DNA of 64,000 nt from a virus, in IMG/VR virus record IMGVR_UViG_3300030060_007200. One strand, given 5' to 3'. Every line of letters begins with the position of its first letter. Within the stretch, counting starts at the first letter, position 1. The notes under the pieces are model-generated. The model did not search any database and had not been told where the DNA came from. It saw only the letters and a list, made by a program, of their open reading frames with translations. Shown one piece after another: positions 28,701 to 39,116 of the stretch. The translations under genes and the position numbers were made by a program.

Positions 28701-30644
28701 TCCTTGTCTATCCCAAGGTTTTATAGATATATCCCACAAATACCAAACACCTGAGTCAATCTTAAATCTTGGAGCTCCACCTTCAGTGCCGTCTGCCTGA
28801 AATACAAATTTCTTACCTATTTCTTTTTGATTTCTTAAATAATCAAAGTCTACTTGTTTTTTCTTTACAGCAGTATCTTCTATAAGTCCTATAAACTTAC
28901 CATAATCATCACCTCCATCTGTAAATGCCGAGCCTGTCATGTATATGGATATTTTAGGTTCTTCTATTGCATTGTCATATATTGTTGTCCATGAAGGTAT
29001 TTGAGTTTTTTGAGATACAGCCTTGAAAGAAAGTTCATACCATTGGTCTCTATAAAACGAAGCTGTTACACCTGGTTGAGGTTCGAACAGCCAATATGAT
29101 GTACCATCTAACTGTAGTGCCTGGTCATTGTCACCTATTACAACACAGTCCTGTACAGGTGGATTTTCATTTGCAGTTTGCTGTTGATATAAACCTATTG
29201 AAGGTAATGGTGTTCCTACACCTGAAGCTGTCCAATATGTTGATAGCGATGCTGTACCATTTGCTCCTACACCGTATTTTGTAAAATTACCTACAGGTGC
29301 TCTATATTTTTGAAAGTCGTCTCTATACAATAATTCATTTGCCTCTACAGCATTATCAGATGCAAGTACCCAATCAAAAGGTGCCTGCTCGTTTTTCATA
29401 TAACATTTAATTCTTGTTACATCACCTGTAAGAGGTTCTAGGTTATTAAATGTTACCCAGGCATATGATGTATTTAGAGGCTCTCCATTTGAACCTGTCG
29501 GACTTGCGCTATAGCTAATAGGCGTTTGTGCCCACATCAATTCAAAGTCAGATGGTCCAAATTCAAAGTGTTCAAAGTTTTGGTATTGTGCCGATGTTGC
29601 ACCTTGTATTGTTGTATGTGGTGAAGATGTTCTTAATTCAAATGGTGATATTACCTCTTCTACAACTGTTACGTATGCACCTGTTACAAATGAGTTTGTT
29701 ACAACTGTTGACGTTGCATGTAAATATGATATATCTTCAAATAACCCGTCACCTTCTTCTTCAGGTGCAAACACAGGGTTTGTTGTAGGTTGATGTTCAG
29801 ATGTATATCCTCTATATGAAGCAGGTCTAGGATTTTGTGGAAAACGAACGATTACAATACCGCCTTCCATATCTTCTGTAAAACCTCCAAAGTCTATAAA
29901 GTTAGAACCTTGAGGCTGTGCTGTTAAAAAGTATTTATCTCCAGATTTCCTATACGATACTTTTGTATTTGTATTTGCAGAACCTATTTCTTTTGCAAAT
30001 CCATCAGATGAAAGTATATAACTTGATGTTGGATTTCCTGTCCAAGAATTTGCAGGTGTCGAGCCTGATAATTCCTGGTTGTGTTCCAATAAGAAAAACG
30101 GCTTCATTATTTCCTGTATTTTAATTACAGGTCTAGAAGAATTGCTGTATAATACAGGAGATTTATTTGATGCTCCAGGTTTACATGTAAATATTCTTGT
30201 CCATCTAAAATTAGGTACGCCTTGCCAAACAGCAGGTATTGGAGCTCCATTAGGTGCTTCTGATGCAACACCGATTATTGTTACAATACATTCTCCAGCT
30301 GGTGTATTAGGTGCTACGTCTATCGATATAGCCTTTGTGTCTAAATCATCACCTATACTATATACCTGTGATTTCATTAGCTGACCGTTTGCGTCAACTA
30401 CCTCAACCAACACCTCAGTATTGGGTACCATAGTGGCACTTGTACCTCTTATACCTATTAGGTTTCTACCGCCTGTAAATGTAAACGACGGGTCGTATTC
30501 TAGTCTAAAGTAATTACTAGACCTGTCATCGAAGTCCTCGAAATACACATTACGGTTATATAAATCCTGAAAGAAGTATTGACCTACTGTTGTTTCGACC
30601 TGGAGTCTTTCGACTCTATTTGTTGCATTTGGATTCTGTGCCAT
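25728..30644 (-). CDS. Long tail fibre/spike with C-terminal intramolecular chaperone (peptidase S74-like)
   Basis: SDKRLKENI...GFIAQD...YNAFIPLLVKSIQ followed by a coiled coil; internal repeats. Confidence 0.88.
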   Translation of the reverse strand: MAQNPNATNRVERLQVETTVGQYFFQDLYNRNVYFEDFDDRSSNYFRLEYDPSFTFTGGRNLIGIRGTSATMVPNTEVLVEVVDANGQLMKSQVYSIGDDLDTKAISIDVAPNTPAGECIVTIIGVASEAPNGAPIPAVWQGVPNFRWTRIFTCKPGASNKSPVLYSNSSRPVIKIQEIMKPFFLLEHNQELSGSTPANSWTGNPTSSYILSSDGFAKEIGSANTNTKVSYRKSGDKYFLTAQPQGSNFIDFGGFTEDMEGGIVIVRFPQNPRPASYRGYTSEHQPTTNPVFAPEEEGDGLFEDISYLHATSTVVTNSFVTGAYVTVVEEVISPFELRTSSPHTTIQGATSAQYQNFEHFEFGPSDFELMWAQTPISYSASPTGSNGEPLNTSYAWVTFNNLEPLTGDVTRIKCYMKNEQAPFDWVLASDNAVEANELLYRDDFQKYRAPVGNFTKYGVGANGTASLSTYWTASGVGTPLPSIGLYQQQTANENPPVQDCVVIGDNDQALQLDGTSYWLFEPQPGVTASFYRDQWYELSFKAVSQKTQIPSWTTIYDNAIEEPKISIYMTGSAFTDGGDDYGKFIGLIEDTAVKKKQVDFDYLRNQKEIGKKFVFQADGTEGGAPRFKIDSGVWYLWDISIKPWDRQGFTPGTWDVIFPTIKCNVAAYDSLDFKFEFYNDYGDISNYTAVVPHVPWKNELTATFTNVVTNTVNVTGPATFSGGFSASGPNIINGPTTFSTGPFIFSGSINTTGPQVFGGTSSFTGPVTFSSGFSASGPITVTGPITMSGPGLFGVSCTDEWIISGSVYLPCLPEASQSKLVNWDPVTGQLKVTSSHALLGGGGDPDQNLFETIQVTNSIGAGAAALGAQSSVVADNTTDTVTFLGGTNVTISTDAVNDRITFNVGSLGGITGIGDQDLFKTIAVAGQTDVVADSPTDTLTLVAGTGMAITTNAGTDTITITNSSPGAADQNLFETIAVTHSSAALGIAAQSNVVADSTTDTLSLVGGANVTLSSNATTDAVTWSVSGFCKTAYGTIGVDDGTTQTATTCNQAMKFQGAGGITTSFDGAGTTVISMSWGTIPPGAGFNYFSIIASTHSSQPAIAAVPANVVADMAQDTLTLVGGTNVTLSSQAGTDSITMSVNTAGGGGADNLGNHTATEDLKMGQNWITSSDAFGHVWHNNNGSNKFTDYGMVYRSADDIMIIQNKHSKDNQINIADGNDGIMIKPDAGSLTFGQPATPPSSQVNTTHGGQHVLANNDWKYYGLKYVDTNHILHYNEVTGEITYFRDTTSGGGGGNCSAHGALDKQDAGFIGVNPFYGMGVGNHHNSWYYIGCGTTIGPPLYNPATPTGIASPYKHYDGRNDDTCHFMVNGFSSMDCPDEAAHGGTDAGPYTQGYMYAAIFNKMADPMLAVGGDGNFDCLQAGAGHGIKIATSTIPRNVQLKTSPGVIKHSGMPNLGNAPARTCAEAQGSGANPGKNNVSLPTDCGLANAFYLSCFHNEIEPADLAYTSYYAGGIRKSHLAYKNQVIFETVSDKRLKENIGETVLGIDILKKIPVNDFEWKNHPVEEGGARVSGFIAQDVKPHFPDAVVGDEETHPEPEKAPMVMDYNAFIPLLVKSIQDQQEVIENLTKRIEELESK
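27230..28115 (-). repeat. About five diverged fibre-shaft repeats
   Basis: DQNLFETI/DQDLFKTI...VVADxxTDTLTLVGGxNVTLS units. Confidence 0.75.
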
Positions 30645-30677
30645 TCATTATTCCCGATATTATATAAATATCAATAA

Positions 30678-33600
30678 TTACACAATAACACGGCTTAAAC
30701 CTTTAGACCTGCTTATTTCTATAAGGCCACCAACCATATCTTTCATTATATCTATATGAGAAATAATTACGACAAAATCAAATTCTGTTTTTAGATAATC
30801 AAACAACATTGAAATTGAATTTATGTTTTCAGAATCCAGATTACCAAAACCTTCATCAATTGCTAGAAAGTTTGGTCTAGGTAAATTAGATATTTTAATA
30901 AGTGCAACTCTAATTGCAAGAGATGAAATAAATTTTTCCATACCTGATGTCAATTCCAATGGCCATTTATTATCATTTCCATATTTTATATAAGTCAAAA
31001 TATTTTTACCGTCAACATCGAATTCTATTTCAAAACCTACAATCTGAGAAAGTGTATTGTTAATCTCCTCTTCAAGATAAGGAAGTGTTTCAGCTATTAT
31101 TTCATAAGGTATACCATCTCTTCTTATTGCATCAAGATAATATTCATATGACTTTAATTTAAGCTCTAATTCATGAGCGTCTGATATAGTTGTTTTTATA
31201 TGAGTTATATTCTGTTGAGTTATAGATACATTACTATACGCCTTTTGTATTTTAGATGATATCTCATCTAATTCTAACTTTATATTTGATTTTTCTATTT
31301 CTAGACTTTCAATTATTGTATTTATCTTTTCATTAGCCTTGATTGTTTCCTTGTTTTTATAGTATTTTTCTATATCTCTTTCCACACCTCTTAAATCAGT
31401 TTTAGAGGCGCGTAGGTCTGACTTTCTCTGTTCTGATTTAATGATAATTTCTGAGTTATATTGGCTTATTTGCACTTTTTCGCTATTAAGCTTATTATAC
31501 GCACCTATAAGTTTTTCTACCTCAATACTTTCAAGTAATATATTGTCAGAAACTGATTTGTCTTGTAAAAGCTTTTTAACTATAACCTTATCCTCTTCCA
31601 ATTCTATCTTTGCCTTATCAGCTGCTTTGACAAACTCGTTATTACAACAATATTTACAATTAGGGTCGTATTCGTGTGTGTCTAATTTTGATATAAGGTC
31701 TAACTTATTTCTTACACTAACTTTTTTTACCTCTATATCTTTAACAAGCCTTGAGTTGTTTTCTTTTTCTAAGTCTAATACAGATTTTTTTATTTTCAAT
31801 TCATCGATATTTATTTTAGACATCTTAGAATTTATATCAGACATTTTAACCTTGTTGTCCTTTTTATATTTTTTGTATTTATCTAATTTTTCATTATTAA
31901 ATACTATCTCTCTTTCACGTCTTATCTTTTTCTGCTCTAAGGTTTCAATATCGTTTTCAACAGTTATATTTTTTAATTCTTTTACCTTGTTATGTATTTG
32001 CTCTTCTTTTTTAGAATACTTTTTTTGTATCTTTATTTTTGTATCATTTAATTGTGCGTATACAGATTCGTATTCTAGCAAATTATCCTCTTCATCTATT
32101 AGCTGTTGAGAATAATCTGTTTTTCCAAAATTCTTAAGAAGTATTTGTACCTCTTTAATCTCTTCGTTTGCAAGTTGATATAGCTCTTCAAATACTGTAA
32201 TATCTAGAAATTGAGATAGTAAATCCTTTTTCTCTACCTGAGACTGGTCTATAAAACCTGTATTGTTATTTTGTACTGACATTGATGTTAAAACAAAGTC
32301 ATTATATAATCCAAGATAGCCTCTTATATTTTTGTCTGTTTGAGTTCTTTGCTCGCCATTAAGTGATATTGGATTATCGTCCTCACCTATCATCCAAAAA
32401 TCTACATCTACACGAACATGACCAGACTTCTCTTTTTTACCTCTACGTTCAATAAAATAATCTACACCGTCTATTTCAAAATTAAGTTTTGAATAAAAAT
32501 TAGATTTCTTATTATTTAATACATCTGATGCAGATTTTGTTCTAGAGCATTTGTGAAATACATTAAACATTATAGCATCGAGTATTGCAGATTTACCTGC
32601 GTGGTTAGGTGCAAATATACCTATAACATCTCTAAGTTTTGAAAAGTCTATTACGTTATCTTCTCCATAACTAAACATATTTGAGAACTCGAATTTTTTA
32701 GGCAGCCACCTAACACCTCTAGAAACTTCTATTGTAGAAAGACTTTTATTTAATTCAGTGTTTATGTTTTTTATACGTCTTATTGTTTCATCGTCGGCAG
32801 GATGGTTTGCACCTATATATTCTTCTAATAATTCATTTTGATATTGTACATCTCTAATATCTCTTGTTATTGACCTTGTTGTTTTATTTTGAGCATTTAG
32901 CTTATCGTTTTTTATTATTACAATATCAGTTGTTCTACATTTACTTTTTATTTCTTTTATTATAGTTTTTAATTGTGCCTGAGTTGTATTTTCTGTTCTT
33001 ATTCTAACTCTAGGATATTTTGGTATATTGTCTATATTAGGCAGCTTTCCATTTTTTACATCTATTGTATAAAATCCATGTACGTTTTCAAAGTCTACAA
33101 AATCTGCTTTTCTGGTATCAACATTCCAAATTGCACATCCGTGATTCTCAAAAGACTCACCAAAATTTTGTTGTATAAGAGAACCTACTTGTAATATAGT
33201 TTTATCTTTATTGTAAAACTGTCTTTTATGTATATCACCTAACATGACCATATCATATCCATCAAACATAGATATTTTAAGGTCGTCGCTTTCAACTTTA
33301 TACCCTGTATCTGTATATGACATATCAAGTGCTCCGTGAAAAAGTGCAACCTTTGTTTCAGCATCGAATGAACTTGCCTTGATAAATGTTTGAGGGTCGT
33401 CAAATATACTAAACACAACAAAGTGAGTGCCTGCTATTTCGTGTACAGCAGAATCCTTAAGATAGTGTAATTGTGGATGCGCTAAAGATTCTATCATAGG
33501 AGACAAAGAGTCTAGTCTAGATGAGTTATTGAGATTCGCATCGTGATTTCCTGTAATTACAATAGTATGTCGCCTATCTGCTAAATTCTTAAGGAATTCT

Positions 33601-33824
33601 GTTGTAAGCTTTATTAGCTCAGGTGATATATCAGTTTTGCTATGTACAATATCACCTCCTACATATACTATCGAGTTTTTAGGCAGCCTATCTACCTGTT
33701 TATATAATTGCCTAAATACTTTTCTATATTCTTTATGTCGCTGATAATTTCTTATATGTATATCCGCAACGTGTAATACTTTTTCTAGCTTTTCAAACCC
33801 TACATCAATTTTATTAAAGTCCAA
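30678..33824 (-). CDS. Fused Mre11/SbcD (gp47) phosphoesterase and Rad50/SbcC (gp46) ATPase
   Basis: DIH, GD, GNHD, HG and GDIH motifs; then PNHAGKS, coiled coil with CKYC hook, TSGME and IDEGFG. Confidence 0.93.
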   Translation of the reverse strand: MDFNKIDVGFEKLEKVLHVADIHIRNYQRHKEYRKVFRQLYKQVDRLPKNSIVYVGGDIVHSKTDISPELIKLTTEFLKNLADRRHTIVITGNHDANLNNSSRLDSLSPMIESLAHPQLHYLKDSAVHEIAGTHFVVFSIFDDPQTFIKASSFDAETKVALFHGALDMSYTDTGYKVESDDLKISMFDGYDMVMLGDIHKRQFYNKDKTILQVGSLIQQNFGESFENHGCAIWNVDTRKADFVDFENVHGFYTIDVKNGKLPNIDNIPKYPRVRIRTENTTQAQLKTIIKEIKSKCRTTDIVIIKNDKLNAQNKTTRSITRDIRDVQYQNELLEEYIGANHPADDETIRRIKNINTELNKSLSTIEVSRGVRWLPKKFEFSNMFSYGEDNVIDFSKLRDVIGIFAPNHAGKSAILDAIMFNVFHKCSRTKSASDVLNNKKSNFYSKLNFEIDGVDYFIERRGKKEKSGHVRVDVDFWMIGEDDNPISLNGEQRTQTDKNIRGYLGLYNDFVLTSMSVQNNNTGFIDQSQVEKKDLLSQFLDITVFEELYQLANEEIKEVQILLKNFGKTDYSQQLIDEEDNLLEYESVYAQLNDTKIKIQKKYSKKEEQIHNKVKELKNITVENDIETLEQKKIRREREIVFNNEKLDKYKKYKKDNKVKMSDINSKMSKINIDELKIKKSVLDLEKENNSRLVKDIEVKKVSVRNKLDLISKLDTHEYDPNCKYCCNNEFVKAADKAKIELEEDKVIVKKLLQDKSVSDNILLESIEVEKLIGAYNKLNSEKVQISQYNSEIIIKSEQRKSDLRASKTDLRGVERDIEKYYKNKETIKANEKINTIIESLEIEKSNIKLELDEISSKIQKAYSNVSITQQNITHIKTTISDAHELELKLKSYEYYLDAIRRDGIPYEIIAETLPYLEEEINNTLSQIVGFEIEFDVDGKNILTYIKYGNDNKWPLELTSGMEKFISSLAIRVALIKISNLPRPNFLAIDEGFGNLDSENINSISMLFDYLKTEFDFVVIISHIDIMKDMVGGLIEISRSKGLSRVIV

Positions 33825-34725
33825 ATTTCATCTCCAACAGCTTTGCAAAATCTACGGTTTTAGAATTAGATATTAAATCATTTATTTTTTTATGACCTAA
33901 TGTACTTGGGTCTTCACCGTCATTCATTTCTATTATTCTTACATCTATATTTTCTGATTGTAAATATTCACATAGTTTCACTGCTTCATTTTTTGCATCA
34001 TTATCTAAAACTATGTTTACTCTTTTTACATTTCTTTCTTTTATTTTCATTTTCAAAGATTTTGGCATAAACTTACCAAATATAGGAATTGAGTTTTCTC
34101 CTATAGCTATTGCATCAAAAACACCTTCGCAAATATTTATATCCTCATTCCAGTTTACCAAAAGCTCAAAACCTATTACGTCTTTAGAAGTTTTAGGATT
34201 TTTATGCTTAAAATCTGTATCGTAATAAGACCTTCCTACAAAATAATTTAGTATACCTCTATCATCATAACTAGGTATTATTACCATACCGCTATATTCT
34301 CCAGATTCACAATATCCTATATTATATCTTAACACATCTGTTTTTGTTATACCTCTTGACCTTAAATATTTTGCTGCATTTCTAAATTCAGGACTGTTTC
34401 TGTTTCCTGATATAAGAGGTATAAAACTCATAGGTAAAGAAACATGCTCCTCAACCTTTGATTTATCTGTATTGTGTCTAACGCCTGTTAATGTATTCAG
34501 CTCTTGTATTTTTCCTAATGCGCCAACCTTTCTAAATATACGTTCAGCACCTATACCTTTAATACCGCAAACCCAACAGTGCCATTTCTGAGTAATTATA
34601 TTTATTACTAATTTCTTTTTATGGTGATTGCAATAAGGACATGAAAACGTTGCCTCATTACCACTTGTCATGGATTTACCTAATACATTCTCAAACAAAT
34701 TGAGTAAACGTCTACTTTTATTCAT
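33814..34725 (-). CDS. DNA primase (Zn ribbon plus TOPRIM)
   Basis: CPYC...HCWVC, YLRSRG, CEGVFD, LDND and EDP motifs. Confidence 0.92.
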   Translation of the reverse strand: MNKSRRLLNLFENVLGKSMTSGNEATFSCPYCNHHKKKLVINIITQKWHCWVCGIKGIGAERIFRKVGALGKIQELNTLTGVRHNTDKSKVEEHVSLPMSFIPLISGNRNSPEFRNAAKYLRSRGITKTDVLRYNIGYCESGEYSGMVIIPSYDDRGILNYFVGRSYYDTDFKHKNPKTSKDVIGFELLVNWNEDINICEGVFDAIAIGENSIPIFGKFMPKSLKMKIKERNVKRVNIVLDNDAKNEAVKLCEYLQSENIDVRIIEMNDGEDPSTLGHKKINDLISNSKTVDFAKLLEMKFGL

Positions 34726-34755
34726 GTATATAATATAACAAATATTTGTGAATTA

Positions 34756-35196
34756 TTAAAACTTTATTTCGTTTATTTTTCTTTCTGTTTCGTCTGTAAA
34801 CTTGACTCTTGCAAACCGTCTTGGTCCTATACAGTCATTATAAAAATCATCTTTTACAGAAACATGATATCTATGGTGTATATTTTCTTCGAGATAATTA
34901 ACCTGGCCTTTTGTTTCTCCCATTATAAGTATTTCAAATTGAAAAGCCTTTTTTCCTAATTTTTTTATATCATTATTTAATACCTTAGAAGAACCAGTAT
35001 ATTCTCTCCAGTTAGAATCTTTTCTTACAACCTTGCGTCGTTTTTTACCAGCTACCTTTACACGCCTTGTTGTACCAAAGTATTTTCGGCCAATATATTT
35101 TTTACCTGACTTTATGTTGGTAATTAGATAAACAAAACCGAAATAATTATCTGGTGCTTCTTCTAGTATTTTTCCTTTATATAACCAATGACTCAT
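34756..35196 (-). CDS. GIY-YIG endonuclease (T4 endonuclease II-like)
   Basis: GFVYLITN...KYIGRK...WREYTGSS...E...YN. Confidence 0.85.
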   Translation of the reverse strand: MSHWLYKGKILEEAPDNYFGFVYLITNIKSGKKYIGRKYFGTTRRVKVAGKKRRKVVRKDSNWREYTGSSKVLNNDIKKLGKKAFQFEILIMGETKGQVNYLEENIHHRYHVSVKDDFYNDCIGPRRFARVKFTDETERKINEIKF

Positions 35197-35199
35197 ATT

Positions 35200-37122
35200 T
35201 TATGTATCGAATCCTACAATAAAAGTTGTATCATAATCTAATGATTTTTTTATAGCTCGTGATAATTTACCTACAGCTAATAACCTAGCATTGTCGTCAT
35301 ACAAACCTATTGTTGTCACATAAGGTGACCAGGCAGAGCCTGTTGTAAATGGGTGTATTGTTCCTAGCTTTGGGTCATCGATTATTGTTGGATTCATTGT
35401 AAAACCGTATTCTCTTTCTTTTATATGACAAGCATATTCATGTTCTATTATTGTATGTGTATTTTTGAATGATAAAGTACATTCTGAAAATATATTATCT
35501 ACTGCAGTTGTATAGTTTGTTGACGGAGCTGTAAATGTTAATATTCCGTGATTGTAAAATACATTACCTACTTTATTTTCCATAGTTGGATATGTAGCTG
35601 TCCAACCAGCCTCTGCAGCTGTTATATTTTTACTAAACATCATTACATTGCTGACAGCACCTTTGAAGTGATTTGTAAATTCTGTTGCAGGTCTAAATTT
35701 TCTAGAATATCTTGTTCTTTTATCTCTAAATCTAAATTTTGTACCTGCATCTCTAGCTCTTGCTCCTACAATGATATCGCTGTCATTATATAGTGAGCCG
35801 GAAGGTATACTTCCGTGAGACTGTAATACACCATTAACATACAAATACGCAAAGCTTCCAGATTTTGTTAGCAGCACGCTATCAAATGCGTTACTCGTAC
35901 TAACAACTGTAGGACTATTAAGATATAGTGTATCAACACCATCGCTTATTGCAGCTTGATATGTACCTGCATTACCTATATTAGCACTACCTGAATTTTG
36001 TATTGCGTGTTTATTGACATATCTTATAGAAAAAGGAAACGAACCTTTTTTATGCGGGTCGTGTTTTGATATTATATGGTTGTGATGATATTGGTCTGTA
36101 AAATCTGCAGATTGAGATTCCTGAAAACGAGAAGAAGATACTCGTACATAAACTGCAAAATCATCAGCCTCAGTATTTCTTCTTGTTGGTCTTGTACGAA
36201 AATCAAATTGATGCCTATGTTTTATTCTCATCATACTTTGGTTTTCTATGTTTATTCGAGACTTAGTTGTTGCAGGTTTTATACCATCTAATTCAATAAA
36301 TGTTTGCTCAGCAACTGAGCTTGTTTGAGGTCTTATATTGTGAGCCTCTACACGATTTGGATATCTCGATCTTTCAAAAAATCTTGTTTTGTTTTTAAGG
36401 TTGAAATATTCCTTTCCATTATCTCTATAATAACTACTACTTGCTAATGCGTTTATACTATGAGCGCTTAATTTACTTCCAGCTTGGTTGTACATATCTA
36501 CAAAGTTAAGAGCTACCAAACTTGTTGTTACAAAACTTATTGATTCTGTAGGATTACCATAAAGCTGTACACTATTATCTATAAGATTTCCAAATCCATC
36601 ATCTGTTATTGTTGTACTACCTGACTGTATTTTTACAGAACCTTTTTTAATTGATTCGCCAAACATTTTTTGTGGTACTGATATTATCTTTGCAGATTTT
36701 CCAAGTGTTCTTATTTCTTTTTCATATCCACTATTATCTAATGTCCAACATGGGTCATCAGGATTTGTATAGTACATACCTTGTAACGAATCGTGTAAAG
36801 CTCTTTTGTAAAAGTGGTTTGTTGTTACTTCATGAGGAGAGGTTGTTAAAGCATTTAGATAAGAGCCGTATTCAGTAGGAGTAAAGTCACTTCCATCATA
36901 TTGTGTCTCATAAGAAAAAACACTTAATGAAACTATTCTTATATCTTGTGGTACATTAAAAGTAGAGCCTGTTATCCACGGGTCGAAAACTCTAAACTGC
37001 TCGTAACCTTTTTCAAAATAACTACCAGTATAATTTGTTAAACGTACTGTATATTCCTTGTTGGCCTCGAACGGAGTAATTTGTATTTCGTCCTTTCTAA
37101 ATTTCCTAAATATGCCGGACAT
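35200..37122 (-). CDS. Baseplate/tail protein with a LamG (concanavalin-like) domain
   Basis: LYVNGV...IIVGAR...FKGAVSNV; C-terminal YVTTIGLYD...LLAVGKLS shared with the next gene. Confidence 0.7.
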   Translation of the reverse strand: MSGIFRKFRKDEIQITPFEANKEYTVRLTNYTGSYFEKGYEQFRVFDPWITGSTFNVPQDIRIVSLSVFSYETQYDGSDFTPTEYGSYLNALTTSPHEVTTNHFYKRALHDSLQGMYYTNPDDPCWTLDNSGYEKEIRTLGKSAKIISVPQKMFGESIKKGSVKIQSGSTTITDDGFGNLIDNSVQLYGNPTESISFVTTSLVALNFVDMYNQAGSKLSAHSINALASSSYYRDNGKEYFNLKNKTRFFERSRYPNRVEAHNIRPQTSSVAEQTFIELDGIKPATTKSRINIENQSMMRIKHRHQFDFRTRPTRRNTEADDFAVYVRVSSSRFQESQSADFTDQYHHNHIISKHDPHKKGSFPFSIRYVNKHAIQNSGSANIGNAGTYQAAISDGVDTLYLNSPTVVSTSNAFDSVLLTKSGSFAYLYVNGVLQSHGSIPSGSLYNDSDIIVGARARDAGTKFRFRDKRTRYSRKFRPATEFTNHFKGAVSNVMMFSKNITAAEAGWTATYPTMENKVGNVFYNHGILTFTAPSTNYTTAVDNIFSECTLSFKNTHTIIEHEYACHIKEREYGFTMNPTIIDDPKLGTIHPFTTGSAWSPYVTTIGLYDDNARLLAVGKLSRAIKKSLDYDTTFIVGFDT

Positions 37123-37139
37123 ATTATACTCCTATTTTT

Positions 37140-38372
37140 TTAGAACTCAAGTTTAATTCGTATCAATGCTTCTCGTGTAAATGATTTCAATAGCGGTTTA
37201 CTTAATTTTGCTGTTGCCAATAATTCGTTATTGTCATTGTACATACCAACTGTTGTAATATAAACCTTAGGGTCTCTATACATTGATGGGTGTGCAAACT
37301 GTCCTTGTGAACCTGATGTAAATGTTGGATTATTACTAAAATTATATTCAGCGTTTTTAAGTCTACAGAAATAATGAGTTGCAAAAACTCTTTCAGAGCT
37401 ACGTGCTGCAAATGAACTAGATGTTTGTCCTTGTGGTATTAGTGAGTTAGAGCCTGTAAAGAATCCAACAACTCTATTTAATGTAGGGTTAACGTTTGTA
37501 CTACCTACGTTATTAGCATTACCAGGACACCAACAGTAATTTGTTTCTACTATATCCATTTGTAAAAGTCTAGGTGAAAGCATGATAACTCCCATATCTG
37601 GATAAAACCATCCATATTGAGTTGGGTTTGTTATTGATGCGCCTCCTGCATCTGTGATTCCTATAGAACCTGTTACTACTTTATATAGCTGTCCATAATC
37701 TCCAAGAGTTGCCAAGTTAGCTGCACTGTCATCTGTAAGTGTAATTTGAGAACCTACCGTTGGATTTGGTGAGTGACCTGCATGTATATAAGAACTAGAT
37801 ATTGTAAGCTCCCAATTACCTGGGTCAATTCTTTCCTTAAACCTTTGTCTGTTAACGTTAATAAAAATAGATGATGTTTCATTAACACTGTTTATTGTAA
37901 ATTGCTCATCACCTGGAGCTAAAAGTAAATTTGAATATTGAGAGTAAACAGCCTTCGTAGGTGTTTTACCAGATGAAGCATATTGACTAATAGGTGCCGA
38001 GCCTGAACCAAAATAATGTCCATAAGCAATTGCAAATTGAGGTTCTGCATCTGCAGTTACCTGTGGTTCGTCTCTATAAAATTCTTTGTAATATAATCCT
38101 GATGCTGCGTCTTGAACTGATGATGTGAATATTTCAGACTGTGACATCTTTAATTCACCATCATTGTTTGACCACATTGCTGCAGTAATAATATCAGCTT
38201 GTGCGTTTTCTACAATATCGCCAGGCTCAAATTGTGTATATAATGGTGTTATAGGTCTTCTATAAGGTCTAGATAATCTTCGATTACTTCGTCCTACTCG
38301 TGTAGAAAAGTTTCTTGATAATGCGCCTTCTCTTTCAAAACGCGGTGATGTGCCTCTATCGTATGTTGCCAT
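37140..38372 (-). CDS. Baseplate/tail structural protein (paralogous C-terminus)
   Basis: YITTVGMYNDNNELLATAKLSKP. Confidence 0.7.
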   Translation of the reverse strand: MATYDRGTSPRFEREGALSRNFSTRVGRSNRRLSRPYRRPITPLYTQFEPGDIVENAQADIITAAMWSNNDGELKMSQSEIFTSSVQDAASGLYYKEFYRDEPQVTADAEPQFAIAYGHYFGSGSAPISQYASSGKTPTKAVYSQYSNLLLAPGDEQFTINSVNETSSIFINVNRQRFKERIDPGNWELTISSSYIHAGHSPNPTVGSQITLTDDSAANLATLGDYGQLYKVVTGSIGITDAGGASITNPTQYGWFYPDMGVIMLSPRLLQMDIVETNYCWCPGNANNVGSTNVNPTLNRVVGFFTGSNSLIPQGQTSSSFAARSSERVFATHYFCRLKNAEYNFSNNPTFTSGSQGQFAHPSMYRDPKVYITTVGMYNDNNELLATAKLSKPLLKSFTREALIRIKLEF

Positions 38373-38384
38373 TTTTATTCCCTA

Positions 38385-39062
38385 TTATTTTTCAAAGTAA
38401 TAATCTTCTACTAAATTGGTAGCTGTAGCTTCCTTCTTAACAGTTACATTAAGCGTAACATATCCACCAGTTTCATTACCGATTATAGTAAGAGTTGTTG
38501 TTAAATCTGCTGTAGGTTGTGGTTTAGCAACTAACTCGAATCTTGTACCTACAGATGTTACAGAATTACCAGTATCTCCAATATAATCTGCAGTTGTAGG
38601 AGCCATTCGTGAAGCTATTTTTCCACCAGGTGCAACATTAAGATATGCAGCATCTGAATTAGCTAATATTGCTGTATATCCATAAGTTCTATTACCATTT
38701 GCAAAGTTTGCAGTGTTAGGCGTTACAGGTGCTTTATCTCCACCGTATGTTAACGTTATATCAGTAACACCAACAGTTACCTGTGGCATTCTTGAAATAT
38801 TTTTTGGTAATGTTACCAATTTGTGTTTCATTACGTAATTTTCGTTTGGTACAGCTTCTACTAACGGCATAGCCTCTATTGCTTGTCCATAATAATTTGT
38901 ACCTAGTTGATGATTAACATCCCATAAACCATAATCGATTTCGTCATCTGCTAGTGCAAATTGAGTGATATTAAAAAACTCACTTCCTTTTGCCAACAAT
39001 TCTCTACCCTTCTTTGTAAGAATTGCATCGACTGTGATTGTTGTTTTATCTAAATATCCCAT
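38385..39062 (-). CDS. Baseplate/tail structural protein
   Basis: MGYLD...VDAILTKKGRELLA...ITQFALADDEIDY. Confidence 0.7.
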   Translation of the reverse strand: MGYLDKTTITVDAILTKKGRELLAKGSEFFNITQFALADDEIDYGLWDVNHQLGTNYYGQAIEAMPLVEAVPNENYVMKHKLVTLPKNISRMPQVTVGVTDITLTYGGDKAPVTPNTANFANGNRTYGYTAILANSDAAYLNVAPGGKIASRMAPTTADYIGDTGNSVTSVGTRFELVAKPQPTADLTTTLTIIGNETGGYVTLNVTVKKEATATNLVEDYYFEK

Positions 39063-39116
39063 AGTATTTTACTCCAAAATCTTTTTTATTATATATAAAT
39101 ATATAGTTCTCAGTTT

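Noticed and set aside
34756-35196. Intron-encoded homing endonuclease
   Set aside because: Flanking genes are intact, there is no intron-sized non-coding sequence and no DNA-binding tail. It looks like a free-standing endonuclease II-type gene.
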